64,000 nt of DNA from Candidatus Limnocylindrales bacterium (lineage in GTDB: Bacteria; Chloroflexota; Limnocylindria; Limnocylindrales; CSP1-4): NCBI GenBank assembly GCA_035717785.1, contig DASTIG010000259.1, positions 11,316 through 75,315 of the forward strand. The letters run 5' to 3'. The notes beneath the pieces were generated by a model. It saw only the letters and a list, made by a program, of their open reading frames with translations, was not told the origin of the DNA and ran no database searches. Shown here piece by piece: positions 45,748-55,968 of the stretch. Numbering within the stretch: the stretch's first letter is position 1; every line of letters begins with the position of its first letter. Position numbers and translations under genes: made by a program.

Positions 45748-46203
45748 CTACGACGGGTCGGCGAGGAGCACGTACAGCTTGTCCGGCGCGAGGCAGACGA
45801 AGTAGCCGGCGAGACGCGGGTAGGCCGCGGGCGGTACCAGGAGCACCTCGTCGTGGCTCACGACCACTTTCCCGGCGGGGTCGCGGATGACTCGCTCCGC
45901 ATCGCTGCCGGGCTGGAACCCGACCGACCAATACGTCGTGAGCGTCACGCCGGTGTCGGTAACGGCTGAGACCTGCTCGGCCGCCGTGGGGTCGATGCGG
46001 AACGTCATGCTCGTGTAGTCGATCCCGATCGTGTCACAGCCGAGGTTGGCCGGTGCTTCGTGCAGCACGATCGCCGTCTCGGCGGCCGAGGGGCTGGCGG
46101 AAGGCTCCGCCGTCTGACTGGGAGGGGTGCCGGTACATGCGGCGAGGGATAAACAGAGGAACAACCAGGCGACGCGCGGACGGATCATCGGACTGTGCCT
46201 CAT
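45748..46203 (-). CDS. Hypothetical lipoprotein
   Basis: Signal peptide with lipobox LSLAAC. Confidence 0.5.
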   Translation of the reverse strand: MRHSPMIRPRVAWLFLCLSLAACTGTPPSQTAEPSASPSAAETAIVLHEAPANLGCDTIGIDYTSMTFRIDPTAAEQVSAVTDTGVTLTTYWSVGFQPGSDAERVIRDPAGKVVVSHDEVLLVPPAAYPRLAGYFVCLAPDKLYVLLADPS

Positions 46204-46351
46204 CTGAGCTGACGGGCAGGCGGCTACGAAAATACTCGGCCCGGCCCGCTGAGGGACAGCCTAGTGGACTCCTGTCGCGCGTGATCGGTTGCACAGGCCA
46301 CGCCCGGCGTCTCGAGGCGAACAGGCGTGTGCGAGGTATCATCCGCGGCGT

Positions 46352-46428
46352 CCGCCCGTAGCTCAGTGGATCAGAGCGACTGACTTCGGATCAGTAGGTC
46401 GGGGGTTCGAATCCCTCCGGGCGGGCCA
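46352..46428 (+). tRNA. tRNA-Arg (anticodon read as TCG), 77 nt, encoded CCA
   Basis: CCGCCCGTAGCTCAGTGGATCAGAGCGACTGACTTCGGATCAGTAGGTCGGGGGTTCGAATCCCTCCGGGCGGGCCA. Full cloverleaf, anticodon loop CTTCGGA. Confidence 0.85.
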
Positions 46429-46445
46429 GATCCCAAGCACGAAAG

Positions 46446-46473
46446 AGGCCCCGTGACGTCCGTCCGGGGCCTC
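46446..46473 (+). terminator. Stem-loop immediately 3' of tRNA-Arg
   Basis: GAGGCCCCG-(10 nt)-CGGGGCCTC, a 9-bp GC stem, followed by TCGATTCC (weak U tract). Confidence 0.4.
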
Positions 46474-46698
46474 TCGATTCCTCCTGCCGTCCTGGAGCTG
46501 GCGTGTGGCTGACAACGGGTGTCCGACAAAGCACCCCTACTCGACCCGTTCGTCGTCGCCCGATCCACCCTGTAACGGCCATCGACGTCCTTGAGAATCT
46601 GAGGCGCACCACGAACGCGCAGGTGCTAGCCTCACGCCGGATATCCGACGCCTCCCCGGGCGTGGAGCCGGCGACGAGTGGGGACGGCCCGACACCGT

Positions 46699-47241
46699 AT
46701 GTGGCGGCACGTGGAAATCAACGCGACCATCGCTCACCCGGTCGAGCGAGTATTCGCCTACCTGGCCGACCCACTGCGCTGGCACGAGTTTGCGCCTGCC
46801 TGTGTATTCCGGCGGCAGATCGGCGATCTGCCACCTCGAATCGGCACGCGCTGGATGGCCACAGATCGTATTGGTCCGTTCCGCTTCCACTTCATCGATG
46901 AGCTGGCCGAACTGGAGCCGAACCGTCGCGTGGTCTGGCTATCGTCCGCGCCGTGGAACGCGCGAGTCGAGTACATCTGCACCCCGGCCGGTGAGAACAC
47001 GAACATCGAGGCGCGCTACGAGGGGGATATCAGCGGCTTCCTCCGCCTGTTGACGGGGTGGTTGCCCCCGGGAGTCGTGCGATGGGTCCTGTCGCAGGAC
47101 TTCCGGCGCCTTGAACAACGGCTCGAGCGGAAAGCGACGGCCGCGAGTCGATGGCAGCCTGGATACCACCCCGACCTCGCCACCGAGGATGGGTTCATGG
47201 CCATGGCCGTCGACCGCGCCGATGACGTGACGAGGCCCTAG
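46699..47241 (+). CDS. SRPBCC (START/polyketide-cyclase-like) family protein
   Basis: MWRHVEINATIAHPVERVFAYLADP pattern. Confidence 0.6.
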   Translation: MWRHVEINATIAHPVERVFAYLADPLRWHEFAPACVFRRQIGDLPPRIGTRWMATDRIGPFRFHFIDELAELEPNRRVVWLSSAPWNARVEYICTPAGENTNIEARYEGDISGFLRLLTGWLPPGVVRWVLSQDFRRLEQRLERKATAASRWQPGYHPDLATEDGFMAMAVDRADDVTRP

Positions 47242-47245
47242 CGGG

Positions 47246-47698
47246 ATGTACCAGCTGTTCCTCTACCTCCACATCATCTGTGCCGTCATCTGGGTCGGCG
47301 GGGCGCTTTACGCCCAGCTGCTCGCCCTTCGCGTCACCCGTTCGCCGGATCCATCGGAGCTGCCGCACCTGGCGCGTCACATCGAATCCATCGGCGCGCG
47401 CGTCTTCATGCCGGCAGCGCTGCTGCTGTTCGTCTCCGGCAGCGCGATGACCTTGCAAGCGTGGAGCTTCGGGCAAACCTGGATCGCAATTTCGGTCGCC
47501 CTATGGGTGCTCTCGGCGGTGGCCGGCGCTGTCTACCTCGGACCTCGCGTCAAGCGGGCCGCCGAGCTCTTCGAAGCCGACGGGCCGACGTCGCAGGCGG
47601 GCCGCGAACTCATCAATCGCCTGTTCGTGGTCTCGCGGCTGGAGCTCATCGGCTTTGCGGTGGTCATCGCACTCATGACCTTCAAGCCGGGGGCATGA
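47246..47698 (+). CDS. DUF2269-like four-TM membrane protein (paralog of 57783..58232)
   Basis: MYQLFLYLHIICAVIWVGG N-terminus and four TM helices. Confidence 0.55.
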   Translation: MYQLFLYLHIICAVIWVGGALYAQLLALRVTRSPDPSELPHLARHIESIGARVFMPAALLLFVSGSAMTLQAWSFGQTWIAISVALWVLSAVAGAVYLGPRVKRAAELFEADGPTSQAGRELINRLFVVSRLELIGFAVVIALMTFKPGA

Positions 47699-47977
47699 AA
47701 CCTTCGGGCTCTCACGATGTTCGAGGGAGCGGGCGCCGCACGCCCGAAGCCAGCGGCCATGGCAGGGGAGGGCGTCACGACCGGAGTTATCGACATGCTT
47801 GAACTCATCGATGGGGCTCCTGACGGCGTCGTGGGTCTGTCAGCCACACAATCGTTGCTGCCTGCGAGCCGGAGTTGGTCGCGTTCACCACTCTCGGCGC
47901 GGTCGAGCTGAGGGGCGCCCGCGACGCGATCAATTCCCACCCTGCGCCCGCGTGCGAATCCGAGGACGAACATCGGT

Positions 47978-48838
47978 ATGCGATCGGAGTTCATCAATGC
48001 GAACGGCATCCGCTTCCACTGCCTGACCGATGGCGCAGGTCCGCTGGTCGTCCTGCTTCACGGCTTCCCGCAGTTTTCGTACGAGTACCGCCACCTCGTC
48101 CCGGCCCTGGCCCGGGCGGGATACCGGGCGGTGGCGCCTGACCTGCGGGGCTTCGGCGACACGAGCCGGCCGACACGGATCGAGGACTACGCACTCCAGA
48201 CCCTCGGCGATGACGTCGCGGCACTTATCGACGCCTTCGGCGAGCCGAAAGCGCATGTCCTTGGACACGAGTGGGGCGGCATCGTTGCCGCCGAGGCGGC
48301 GTTGTCCCACCCGGACAAGGTGGACCGCCTGATCCTGGTCAACGGCCCGCCGGCGATCACCCTGGGACGGGCGATCCATCACAGCTGGCGCCAACGGGTC
48401 CGGAGCTCCTACGTCCTGTTCTACCGCATCCCGCGCCTGCCAGAGTGGTGGCTGACCGCGCTTCATGGCCGGGTCATGAGCCTACTGCTCTCCGACGGGG
48501 CATTCAGCGCCGAGGATTTGGCTGTGTACCGCGATGCCATCTGCCTACCGCGCGCTGCCTGGGCGGGCCTGGCCTATTACCGCTCGATCGCGCACACCAT
48601 CAAGGACGATGCCAACCGGCTGCGAGGCAAGCGAATCACCTCACCCGCCCTGATCCTCTGGGGCGAGCGCGACCGGACCCTGCGCCGGGACCTGGCGCTG
48701 CGGCTCGACGGGCAGTTCACGAACCCGCCGCGCAAGGTCTTCTTTCCCGACGTCGGACACTGGGTCATCGAGGCCCGCCCCGACGAGGTCGCCCGCATTG
48801 TGACCGGGTTCATCGACGAGGATCTAGTGCCCGGCTAG
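47978..48838 (+). CDS. Alpha/beta hydrolase (epoxide-hydrolase-like)
   Basis: HGFPQFSYEYRH and GHEWGG nucleophile-elbow region. Confidence 0.8.
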   Translation: MRSEFINANGIRFHCLTDGAGPLVVLLHGFPQFSYEYRHLVPALARAGYRAVAPDLRGFGDTSRPTRIEDYALQTLGDDVAALIDAFGEPKAHVLGHEWGGIVAAEAALSHPDKVDRLILVNGPPAITLGRAIHHSWRQRVRSSYVLFYRIPRLPEWWLTALHGRVMSLLLSDGAFSAEDLAVYRDAICLPRAAWAGLAYYRSIAHTIKDDANRLRGKRITSPALILWGERDRTLRRDLALRLDGQFTNPPRKVFFPDVGHWVIEARPDEVARIVTGFIDEDLVPG

Positions 48839-48924
48839 CACCGTGTCCGGCGCCATGCGCCGTGGTTCCTGCGCTTCCGACGCCCCGCGGGCGCGCCAAG
48901 ACCGCCGCCGCGTGGACGCATGCC

Positions 48925-49212
48925 TCAGGGCAGCCGGCGGATGACCGTGGCCCGGAAGGGCCCCGCCACCAGCTCGAGGACCGGACCATAGGTGCCGGCG
49001 GCCATGGCCTTCGCGAGATGCGTCGTCCGTGCTTCAAGTGACTCCCAGTCGGCGATGTCGATGAGCAGGTCGGAGTCGTCGAGCGACTCGTAGTACGTGC
49101 TCCCGTGGTAGCCGCTCGGTCGATCGCGTGTGGCGAGCTGCTCGATGAGCGATCGCAACTCGTCTCGGCGCCCTGGTTTGGCCTTCAGCTCGACGATGAC
49201 CTTGACTGCCAT
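48925..49212 (-). CDS. Antibiotic-biosynthesis-monooxygenase (ABM/Dabb) domain protein
   Basis: MAVKVIVELKAKPGRRDEL, about 95 aa. The upstream 75 aa of the track ORF are rejected. Confidence 0.55.
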   Translation of the reverse strand: MAVKVIVELKAKPGRRDELRSLIEQLATRDRPSGYHGSTYYESLDDSDLLIDIADWESLEARTTHLAKAMAAGTYGPVLELVAGPFRATVIRRLP

Positions 49213-49610
49213 GGCACTCCTCCCGCCAGGACCCGATCCGGCCGAGCTCCGGCGACGCCGGGAGGCGATCGTAGCGAAACGGCGGCGTGGCATGTTGTTC
49301 CTGCGCGCCCGACGCCCTCCGGGCGGGCCAGTGTCACGGGCGCTCACGAACGTCGGCCCTGCCACGACGATCCGCTCGTAAACCGCGTGGATCAAGTCGG
49401 CCCGTTCGGCGGGAGCTCCGCAGACTCGATCTTCCACACGGCCTCGATCGCCCTGGGCCCACTTTCGGATCCTGAGGACACCGACCGGGGTCGACGGCCG
49501 GCGACCCGAGGCTCGGCAGAGTTTCGAACCTTGTCCGCCCGGGGCGCGGTCCTACGTCAACCTCGAGCCTCTCGACCCGAGCCCTGTGGACGACCCCGCA
49601 GCTCCCGGTC

Positions 49611-50102
49611 TTACGATCGGCCCAGCGCGACCATCAGGCCCAGGATCGAGACAATCCCTGCCAGTTCCACGGCGAATCCAGCCCTGAGTCGCTGGAGCGC
49701 AGCCTCGCCTCCAGGCTCCGCGGCGCCGCCTTCTCCGGTGGTCGCGTCGCGCTCGAGGTCTGCCGCCGCTCGACTGGTAACGAGGCCGCCCGTTGCGAAG
49801 ACCGCCAACGCCACCACGATGGATGCGACCCACAAGGTCCCGAATGGGGTAGCGAGATCGTCGAGGCCCGCGATACGCCCGCTCGAAACGCCAAGGAGCA
49901 GGCCCGTCGTCGCGGCCAGCAACGCCGAACCGATCACCAGGCGCTCCGGTCCAACGATCAGGCTGTGCACGAGCGCGGGGCGCTCGCCCGGCGGTCGTCG
50001 GCCGATGTAGGGGACGACAACCAGATTCGCGAAGATCGACGCCCCGAGCCAGGCCGCTCCACCAAGGAGATGGAGGAAGACCAGGATCCAGCCCGGTTCC
50101 AT
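49611..50102 (-). CDS. Hypothetical membrane protein
   Basis: Four predicted TM helices. Confidence 0.45.
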   Translation of the reverse strand: MEPGWILVFLHLLGGAAWLGASIFANLVVVPYIGRRPPGERPALVHSLIVGPERLVIGSALLAATTGLLLGVSSGRIAGLDDLATPFGTLWVASIVVALAVFATGGLVTSRAAADLERDATTGEGGAAEPGGEAALQRLRAGFAVELAGIVSILGLMVALGRS

Positions 50103-50190
50103 CAGGATCTGACTCCCATGATCGGGACATCGCGGTTCGCGGATCGTCGGAGTCTAGCCAGTCAGTCCGTCGTTCCAGCACATCCGCAGG

Positions 50191-50856
50191 TCAAACTCGC
50201 AGATATGCAAGAACGGCTAGCACGCGGCGATGGTCGGCCACAGCTGGCTCGAGGCCAAGCTTCGAAAAGATCGTCCCGACGTGCCGCTCCACGGTCTTGA
50301 GCTCTAGCGTCAGGCGCTGTGCGATCGCGGCATTCGATCGCCCCTCGGCCATAGAGCCCAGGATCTCTCGCTCTCGGCGGGTCAGCTCGTCGAGTGGCGA
50401 ATGCTGGCGCCGCCGGCCGAGGAGCATGCCGACGACCTCAGGATCGATGACCGAACCGCCCGCGGCGACGCGCCGAACGGCGTCGCCGAGGTCGGGCAGG
50501 CGCAGGACGCGATCCTTCAGGAGATAGCCGACCCCGACCGGATCCTCTCTAAGCAGGTCGACTGCATAGCGTGTCTCCACATACTGCGAGAGAACGAGGA
50601 TTGCCGTTCCCGGCCATCGGCGTCGGATCTCACGGGCAGCTTCGAGGCCCTCGGTCGTGTGGCTGGGCGGCATCCGCACGTCGACGATGGCGACGTCCGG
50701 TTGCTCGCGCTCGATCAGCGCCAGGAGGCCCGGCACGTCAGCCGCCTGACCGATCACGAAGAACCCGGCCGCAACCAGCGCCGCGGCGAGGGCCTCCCTC
50801 AGCAGGATGGCGTCATCCGCGAGCGTGATGCGGATGGCGGCGGCCGGCTCGCTCAC
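50191..50856 (-). CDS. LuxR/NarL-family response regulator (REC + HTH)
   Basis: REC domain (IRITLADD...DVAIVDVRMP) and LuxR HTH (LTRREREILGSMAEGRSNAAIAQRLTLELKTVERHV). Probable GTG start at 50856, GTGA-overlapping the upstream stop. Confidence 0.7.
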   Translation of the reverse strand: MSEPAAAIRITLADDAILLREALAAALVAAGFFVIGQAADVPGLLALIEREQPDVAIVDVRMPPSHTTEGLEAAREIRRRWPGTAILVLSQYVETRYAVDLLREDPVGVGYLLKDRVLRLPDLGDAVRRVAAGGSVIDPEVVGMLLGRRRQHSPLDELTRREREILGSMAEGRSNAAIAQRLTLELKTVERHVGTIFSKLGLEPAVADHRRVLAVLAYLRV

Positions 50857-51401
50857 GTTGCCGCCGGTCTTGGAGTTCCAGGTGATCGCGCCGGCGCGGC
50901 GTTCAGGAACCGAATCGAATCGATGATGCTGTGAGCGGTCGGAAGCCACGGGTCCATTCCGGGGTCGTCCGCGCTCCACACCTCGATTGCGATCGTCTCC
51001 CCGTCGAGATCGAGTAGCGAAACCTCCTTGTACGAGCCGACCCAGACCATTGCAGTCGCTCCGCCCGGCCACAGGTCGTGCCACAGGCCGAGCGCATCGC
51101 CGTCCGGGCAACCCGTCTCGGCGCCGGCGACACTGAGCTTCACTTGCATCCCCGCGCGGTTGTCGACCAGGACGCTGCCCGTTTCCGTAACGTCGAGGTG
51201 GTCGACCGACCGCAGGTACGCAAGTAGACCCTGGACGCCCGGCTCGCGTCGGCGAAGCTGGTTCGTCGATCCGTCGCGCCAACCGCAGATCTCGACCTGG
51301 CCGATCACCAGCCAGATCGGGATCCCGACGATAAGCGGCAGGAGCATGCGGCGCGCCGGGTCAGTGGCCCCGCGCCAATGGCGCCAGATGGCCACGATCA
51401 C
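50853..51401 (-). CDS. Hypothetical protein with an N-terminal TM helix
   Basis: Coupled upstream of the orphan response regulator. No kinase motifs. Confidence 0.35.
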   Translation of the reverse strand: MIVAIWRHWRGATDPARRMLLPLIVGIPIWLVIGQVEICGWRDGSTNQLRRREPGVQGLLAYLRSVDHLDVTETGSVLVDNRAGMQVKLSVAGAETGCPDGDALGLWHDLWPGGATAMVWVGSYKEVSLLDLDGETIAIEVWSADDPGMDPWLPTAHSIIDSIRFLNAAPARSPGTPRPAAT

Positions 51402-51473
51402 GAGCGGGAAGAGGGTCGTAGTCGCGAGCAGCGCGATGGCATTCCGGAGCCACTCGTACAGCTCGGGGTTCGG

Positions 51474-52013
51474 TCAGATGACGAACGCGTTCCGGATGCA
51501 CTCCGGGTTACAACCGATCTCCCACCAGTCGCCCGCGAACACGATCTCCTTGAGGGTCCAAACGATCACCAGCAGGTAGCCGTAGGCCACGACGCCCCGA
51601 TCGAACCGACCCCGGAGCTCGCCTGAAGGGAAGCTCACGATGAGATGTACGAATACGGCCAGGGCAGCTACATCGCTCGCCCGGGCCAAGGTGAAGACGA
51701 TCGAGTTCGGGACGTATTCGAGCGCGTCGATCCTCAATGTCACTGCCAGGAGGAAGATCAGTTTCCAGAGTCGACCATTCGGCTGACGAGCGATCGCGAC
51801 CAACAGGATCGGTAGCCACACGAGGCCGCCGAGCGCGTTGGCTGCGATCTCAGGGGGAGGCAAGGCGTTCCAGAAGTCGCGCAGCGGCGACACGAACGGG
51901 TAGATGGCACCGGCCGCGACGACGGCGACGTAGGCGACTCCGACGACGATCATCCGGCTTGCCCGCTGCCGCCGGTCGTACCCGGCAACTGGCGCGATTG
52001 CTCCCACGGTCAT
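51474..52013 (-). CDS. Hypothetical polytopic membrane protein
   Basis: Five to six TM helices. Confidence 0.4.
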   Translation of the reverse strand: MTVGAIAPVAGYDRRQRASRMIVVGVAYVAVVAAGAIYPFVSPLRDFWNALPPPEIAANALGGLVWLPILLVAIARQPNGRLWKLIFLLAVTLRIDALEYVPNSIVFTLARASDVAALAVFVHLIVSFPSGELRGRFDRGVVAYGYLLVIVWTLKEIVFAGDWWEIGCNPECIRNAFVI

Positions 52014-52714
52014 CGCACCGTGCCTCCTGCACCCGAAAGCGACGAGCTCATCGTCCCACCGGATCGGTGTGGCGCAAGAGAGGGCTTGCCCCCAAAAACC
52101 CGATTCCGCGGTTGGGGGCCGACACGGACGAAACGCTGGTTCCCGAACCCTAGCGTTGCGACAGCGTCCACAGGCCGGTCCAGTCGACTTCTGGCTGAAC
52201 CGGGTCGGGCGGAGGTCAGGAGCTATCGAATGACTGCTGTCTCACAAGCCCAGTCGCGGCGACCCAAGACGACGCTCTCGACGACGCCACCGCCTCACGC
52301 CCGAGGGGCGATATCGAGGGTCGCGCTCGTTGGCATCCTGACGCTGATCGAGGCTCTACTGATCCTCGCCGTCGTCGCTAGCAGCCTTGGTCTGGGCGCG
52401 GAAGGCAGCCCGGGCGTGGGGCCGGATCATCCGCCGCCTCCCCGCCCGTTGCCGGCTGGTGCGGCGGTTGAGCGACTGCTGACCTAGGTCACGGAGGTGC
52501 CAAGGTGAAGGCTGTTCGTCCATTCGAGGCCTGGCCGTGCTGCGCACCCGCCTGACTGAACGCCTTCATCTCGATCATCAAGCCGTCTCCGGGGACACGC
52601 CGTCACCGATGAGCCTGTTGCGGACCGCCGCGCGGCGTGCCTCGTCGTCGCCATCCAGGCCGCCTTGTTCATTTTCGCGCGTTGACGGAGGGTTTAGCGC
52701 GGCGACGCATGCCG

Positions 52715-52840
52715 TAAGTGACAAGTAAGTGGCTGCCGTCAGACTCGACCCCCGCTACGGTCCCGGACTCGCGATCCCGTCCTAGTACGGCCAGCTTGTC
52801 CGGGCCGACCGGGGTCTTGGGCCGACCGGGGCCTTGCCTG
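52715..52840. repeat. GC-rich structured repeat, copy 1 (diverged; hairpin 1 degraded, hairpin 2 duplicated)
   Basis: GTAAGTGACAAGTAAGTGGCTGCCG...CGCTACGGTCCCGGAC...GTCCGGGCCGACCGGGGTCTTGGGCCGACCGGGG aligns to copies 2-5. Confidence 0.5.
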
Positions 52841-52909
52841 GACGAAGGACACCAAGTGTCGTTGGCACGTCCGCGGATGATGGCGTCACCAACAGAGCGA
52901 GCGGCATTG

Positions 52910-53340
52910 CCATGACCAACCTCTCGGCGAAAGGCACAGGCAACGACCGACCCGAGCACATGGACGGCACCCTCGCGGCCGCCGCCGGGATGACCCTGCT
53001 CGTCGGACTGCTCATCACCGTGATGGGCCTCGGCCACCTTTATGGGGTGATCGTGACCGCCACGGGACGGGGCTACGTCTACGACTTCCGGCTCGCAGCA
53101 CTGTTGCTGGTCGGGATCGCGCTCGTCTTTGGGGGTGCGTTATGCCTCTCGGCAGTGCGTGGTCTCGCCCGCCGTCAACGAACTGCCTGGGGCCGCGCTT
53201 TGATCGGCACGCTCTTGTTGCTCCTCGTCCTGGTGCCGCTCATCCCGATGCAACCGGACATGGCACCCGGGCTGTCGGTCCTTGCCGCGGTGAACCTCAT
53301 GGTGCTGCTAGTAGCCCGGCGCGGGCTGAAAGGCGTTTGA
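52910..53340 (+). CDS. Small four-TM membrane protein (paralog A), immediately downstream of repeat copy 1
   Basis: MTNLSAKG... with four hydrophobic helices. Similar architecture and local sequence to 53493..53951. Confidence 0.4.
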
Positions 53341-53374
53341 CGCCGCCACCTTGGCGTGCGACGGCTAACCGTCG

Positions 53375-53468
53375 CGTAACGGGCGACAGCTAGGCTGCCG
53401 CGGCCCAGGCTCCGGTCCCGGACCTTCGATCCCGCTTCGGCGGCCAGCGGTCTGGGCCGACCAGGTCA
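53375..53468. repeat. GC-rich structured repeat, copy 2 (best preserved)
   Basis: GTAACGGGCGACAGCTAGGCTGCCGCGGCCCAGGCTCCGGTCCCGGACCTTCGATCCCGCTTCGGCGGCCAGCGGTCTGGGCCGACCAGGTC. Hairpin 1 is CCGC-TTCG-GCGG; hairpin 2 is GGTCTGG-GCCGA-CCAGGTC. Confidence 0.6.
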
Positions 53469-53492
53469 GTTTTCCCACGACGCCGCGACGGC

Positions 53493-53951
53493 ATGGACAT
53501 ATATTGCGGGTCGACACGAAGTCGCGCCAAGGGAGATCGTCGGTTGGCTCGTCGGATCGCTGCGATCCTCTACTTCGTTCCCGGACTCGGCGTCACCATA
53601 TCGACGCTCATGATCCTGGCGTACCAGGAGCGGCGCGGTGAGCTCCCGATGACCCCGTTCGGGTGGCGTCTCATGGGGAGCACCGTGCCAGGGATGGGCG
53701 CCGACCAGCTGACGCCCCTGGGCACGGCGCTGGCGTGGCTACTGATCGGCGTGTCCGCGGTTGACGCGGCGGCTGGCAGGTGGCTGTGGCAGGACCGCCG
53801 TCGCGGCACGGTGGTGGGTCTCGCGACGACCCCGGTCAACTTCGCCCTGGGCCTGCTGTTCCAGGTGCCGTTCCTGATCGTCGTCCCGCCATTGCGGGCG
53901 GGCCTCGTGATCGCCGAGTTCCGGCGGTCGTCCAAGCCCGAAGCACAGTAG
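53493..53951 (+). CDS. Small four-TM membrane protein (paralog B), immediately downstream of repeat copy 2
   Basis: Same helix pattern as paralog A (GVSAVDAAAGRWLWQDRRRGTVVGL vs GGALCLSAVRGLARRQRTAWGRALIGTL). Confidence 0.4.
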   Translation: MDIYCGSTRSRAKGDRRLARRIAAILYFVPGLGVTISTLMILAYQERRGELPMTPFGWRLMGSTVPGMGADQLTPLGTALAWLLIGVSAVDAAAGRWLWQDRRRGTVVGLATTPVNFALGLLFQVPFLIVVPPLRAGLVIAEFRRSSKPEAQ

Positions 53952-54519
53952 TCCCACGGGTCGGCCGTCGCCTCGGTCACACCCTCGCCGATGAGGCTGG
54001 CGCGGACGGCCCGCCGTGCTTCGTCGATGCGCTCGGTGTCGACTCGGCGGGACGGGCACACGCGACCGGCCAATAGCCGGCAGCGGTCTGGTGTCCGCTG
54101 GGCGTATCAGACGCTTCAGAACCCAGGGATGTCCAGGGTTTGTGGCCCGATGCCGGCGACGAGGACCGCGATGCCGATCAGCGCAAGAGGATCAGCACCA
54201 ACGCAGCGATGATCTTGTCGCGACGGGGGGCGCCCGGCGGCGAATGCTCCGTGGCGATCCGTATCAGTCCTTACCCCGCGAAGAGGACGGTGCCGGCCCC
54301 GATCAGCACGGGCAGCGGCGGCTTCATCAGCTGGGCGACCGTCCACCAATGAGCAGTTCGATGCCCACCGTCATTGCAACGAGCGCACCCAGCGGCCCAG
54401 TCATTTCGATCACCTGCGGCATCAGCGTCGCGCTCATCGTCATGTTTGCGCTCGCGCTGCGCAGGGCGTATGCGCTCCCAGCTGGGCCTTAAGAAGTATT
54501 GCCCCTTGGATACGCAACA

Positions 54520-54615
54520 CTCCCTAGTTACGCTGGCCTGACCCCGGCTCCGGTCCCGGACCCACGAACCGGCTTCCCCTCGCCGAGCAGCTTGTCCGGG
54601 GCCGACCGGGGCAGG
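54520..54615. repeat. GC-rich structured repeat, copy 3 (middle diverged)
   Basis: CCCCGGCTCCGGTCCCGGAC ... CTTGTCCGGGGCCGACCGGGG. Confidence 0.5.
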
Positions 54616-54664
54616 AGCCTGATGGTTCGGGGGTCGACCGGCGGGACATGCCGGTAAGTCTGGG

Positions 54665-54765
54665 GTAAGCGGCGACAGCAAGGCTGATAACCCCGGCTCC
54701 GGTCCCGGACGTTCGATCCCGCTTCGGCGTGCGGTCAGATGGTCCGGGCCGACCGGGAAGCTCAC
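54665..54765. repeat. GC-rich structured repeat, copy 4
   Basis: GTAAGCGGCGACAGCAAGGCTGATAACCCCGGCTCCGGTCCCGGACGTTCGATCCCGCTTCGGCGTGCGGTCAGATGGTCCGGGCCGACCGGGAAG. Confidence 0.6.
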
Positions 54766-54800
54766 TGGGCCGGCCGGCAAACGGTGACGGTAGAAGCCCC

Positions 54801-55649
54801 TCAATGTGGCGTGATGACGATGGAGTCGAGGATGTCCTGCAGCTGGACTTGGTCCTCGACGTGCGCCTCGGGATCCGGCGAGGCGCCCCCGTCCTCCTCG
54901 AATCTGGTGGTACCGGGGAAATCAGTTGTCCAGATGACCAGGACCGAGCCCTCGACGTCGAGGAGGGTGAACTGGTTGACGCTCGGCTCGGTGCTGGGAA
55001 AGATCGGCCCGAACGGATATCCCGAGGGCGTGTCGAAGAGCGTCCCTTCGCAGGTTGCCGTCGCACCGCGGGTGATCTCGACGCGCTTCCCGGAGAAGCC
55101 ACCCACGGTGACGTCCTCCACGCGGGTGACCGGGAATGCTTCCGACGACGAGAACGCATCGGCCAGGGCATCAGCCGATCTCGTGGCCGATGCATCCATG
55201 AATCCGGCCGCGGGGTCGCAGGGATCGACCCGCACCTTACCAACGACCGTGAACGCCACGCCCCAGGCTGATCCGTTGGCAGCGCCGGTATCCAAGCTGT
55301 TCACGAGGACTGCGTGGGCGTCGGAAGCCTGACGCGTAGCTCCGGGCCAGAAGTGCCACCATCCGGCTGGCACCTCGAAGTCGATGCGTGCCGGGTAGGC
55401 GGGAAGGTCCAGGTAATAGGCCCCGGCCGGCAGATCGCCGGCTTCAGGAGAGTCCATCAGGGATGTTGGGCCGGACGCCGTCGGCGCCGCTGTGGCTGAC
55501 GGAGATGGACTCGCTGTGGCTGATGGAGATGGACTCACGGTCGAGATCGCTGGCGGACTGGACGTTCCACAGCCGGCAACGATGCCGATGACGAGGGCGG
55601 AAACGCCAGCGAGGGACGTGACCGCTCCCGCGCGTACTCGGGTGGGCAA
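54801..55649 (-). CDS. Lipoprotein of unknown function
   Basis: Lipobox IVAGC, Ser/Pro/Ala-rich linker, globular C-terminal domain. Confidence 0.55.
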   Translation of the reverse strand: MPTRVRAGAVTSLAGVSALVIGIVAGCGTSSPPAISTVSPSPSATASPSPSATAAPTASGPTSLMDSPEAGDLPAGAYYLDLPAYPARIDFEVPAGWWHFWPGATRQASDAHAVLVNSLDTGAANGSAWGVAFTVVGKVRVDPCDPAAGFMDASATRSADALADAFSSSEAFPVTRVEDVTVGGFSGKRVEITRGATATCEGTLFDTPSGYPFGPIFPSTEPSVNQFTLLDVEGSVLVIWTTDFPGTTRFEEDGGASPDPEAHVEDQVQLQDILDSIVITPH

Positions 55650-55968
55650 GACCGCTGCTCCTCCTCGCTGTTATCGCGTGCGGATCGGAGGGACGCCCAC
55701 GGACCCCTTATGGGCGGTGTCCGATCTGTTTAGGCGTCCCTACCCTGTATGCGTCGATCCACCGCGGTGCGTGATTCGTGCGATGGCCGCGGCGTCCTCC
55801 GGGATCGTGAAACGCGCGACCGTGCTGCCGCGGTCCCGCACCGTGCCTTTGATGAGTACCTCCACGCTGCGAACGTGCGGTACTCGCATGTGGGCGGAGT
55901 CTATCGGCTCGTGGCCACATCGGCGCGATAGTATTTGCCTGCGAGCGCGCTGGCGTGAGGACCGCGAC

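Noticed and set aside
51474-52013. Membrane protein as the sensor half of a split histidine kinase
   Set aside because: No HisKA_3 or HATPase motifs were found in any frame between it and the response regulator.
53406-53432. GGTCC-C-GGACC and TCCGG-TC-CCGGA as RNA hairpins
   Set aside because: Loops of 1-2 nt are sterically impossible for RNA. They are kept only as a possible DNA palindrome within the repeat core.
53570-54073. 167-aa minus-strand ORF containing the LIGEGVTEATADPW motif
   Set aside because: It is antisense to the better-supported membrane paralog B. Only its first 45 aa match the module consensus, so it was taken as a decayed module copy rather than a gene.
54271-54804. 177-aa minus-strand ORF spanning repeat copies 3 and 4
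   Set aside because: It reads through two copies of the repeat core in slightly different frames and has no coherent domain, so it was treated as a by-product of the repeat.
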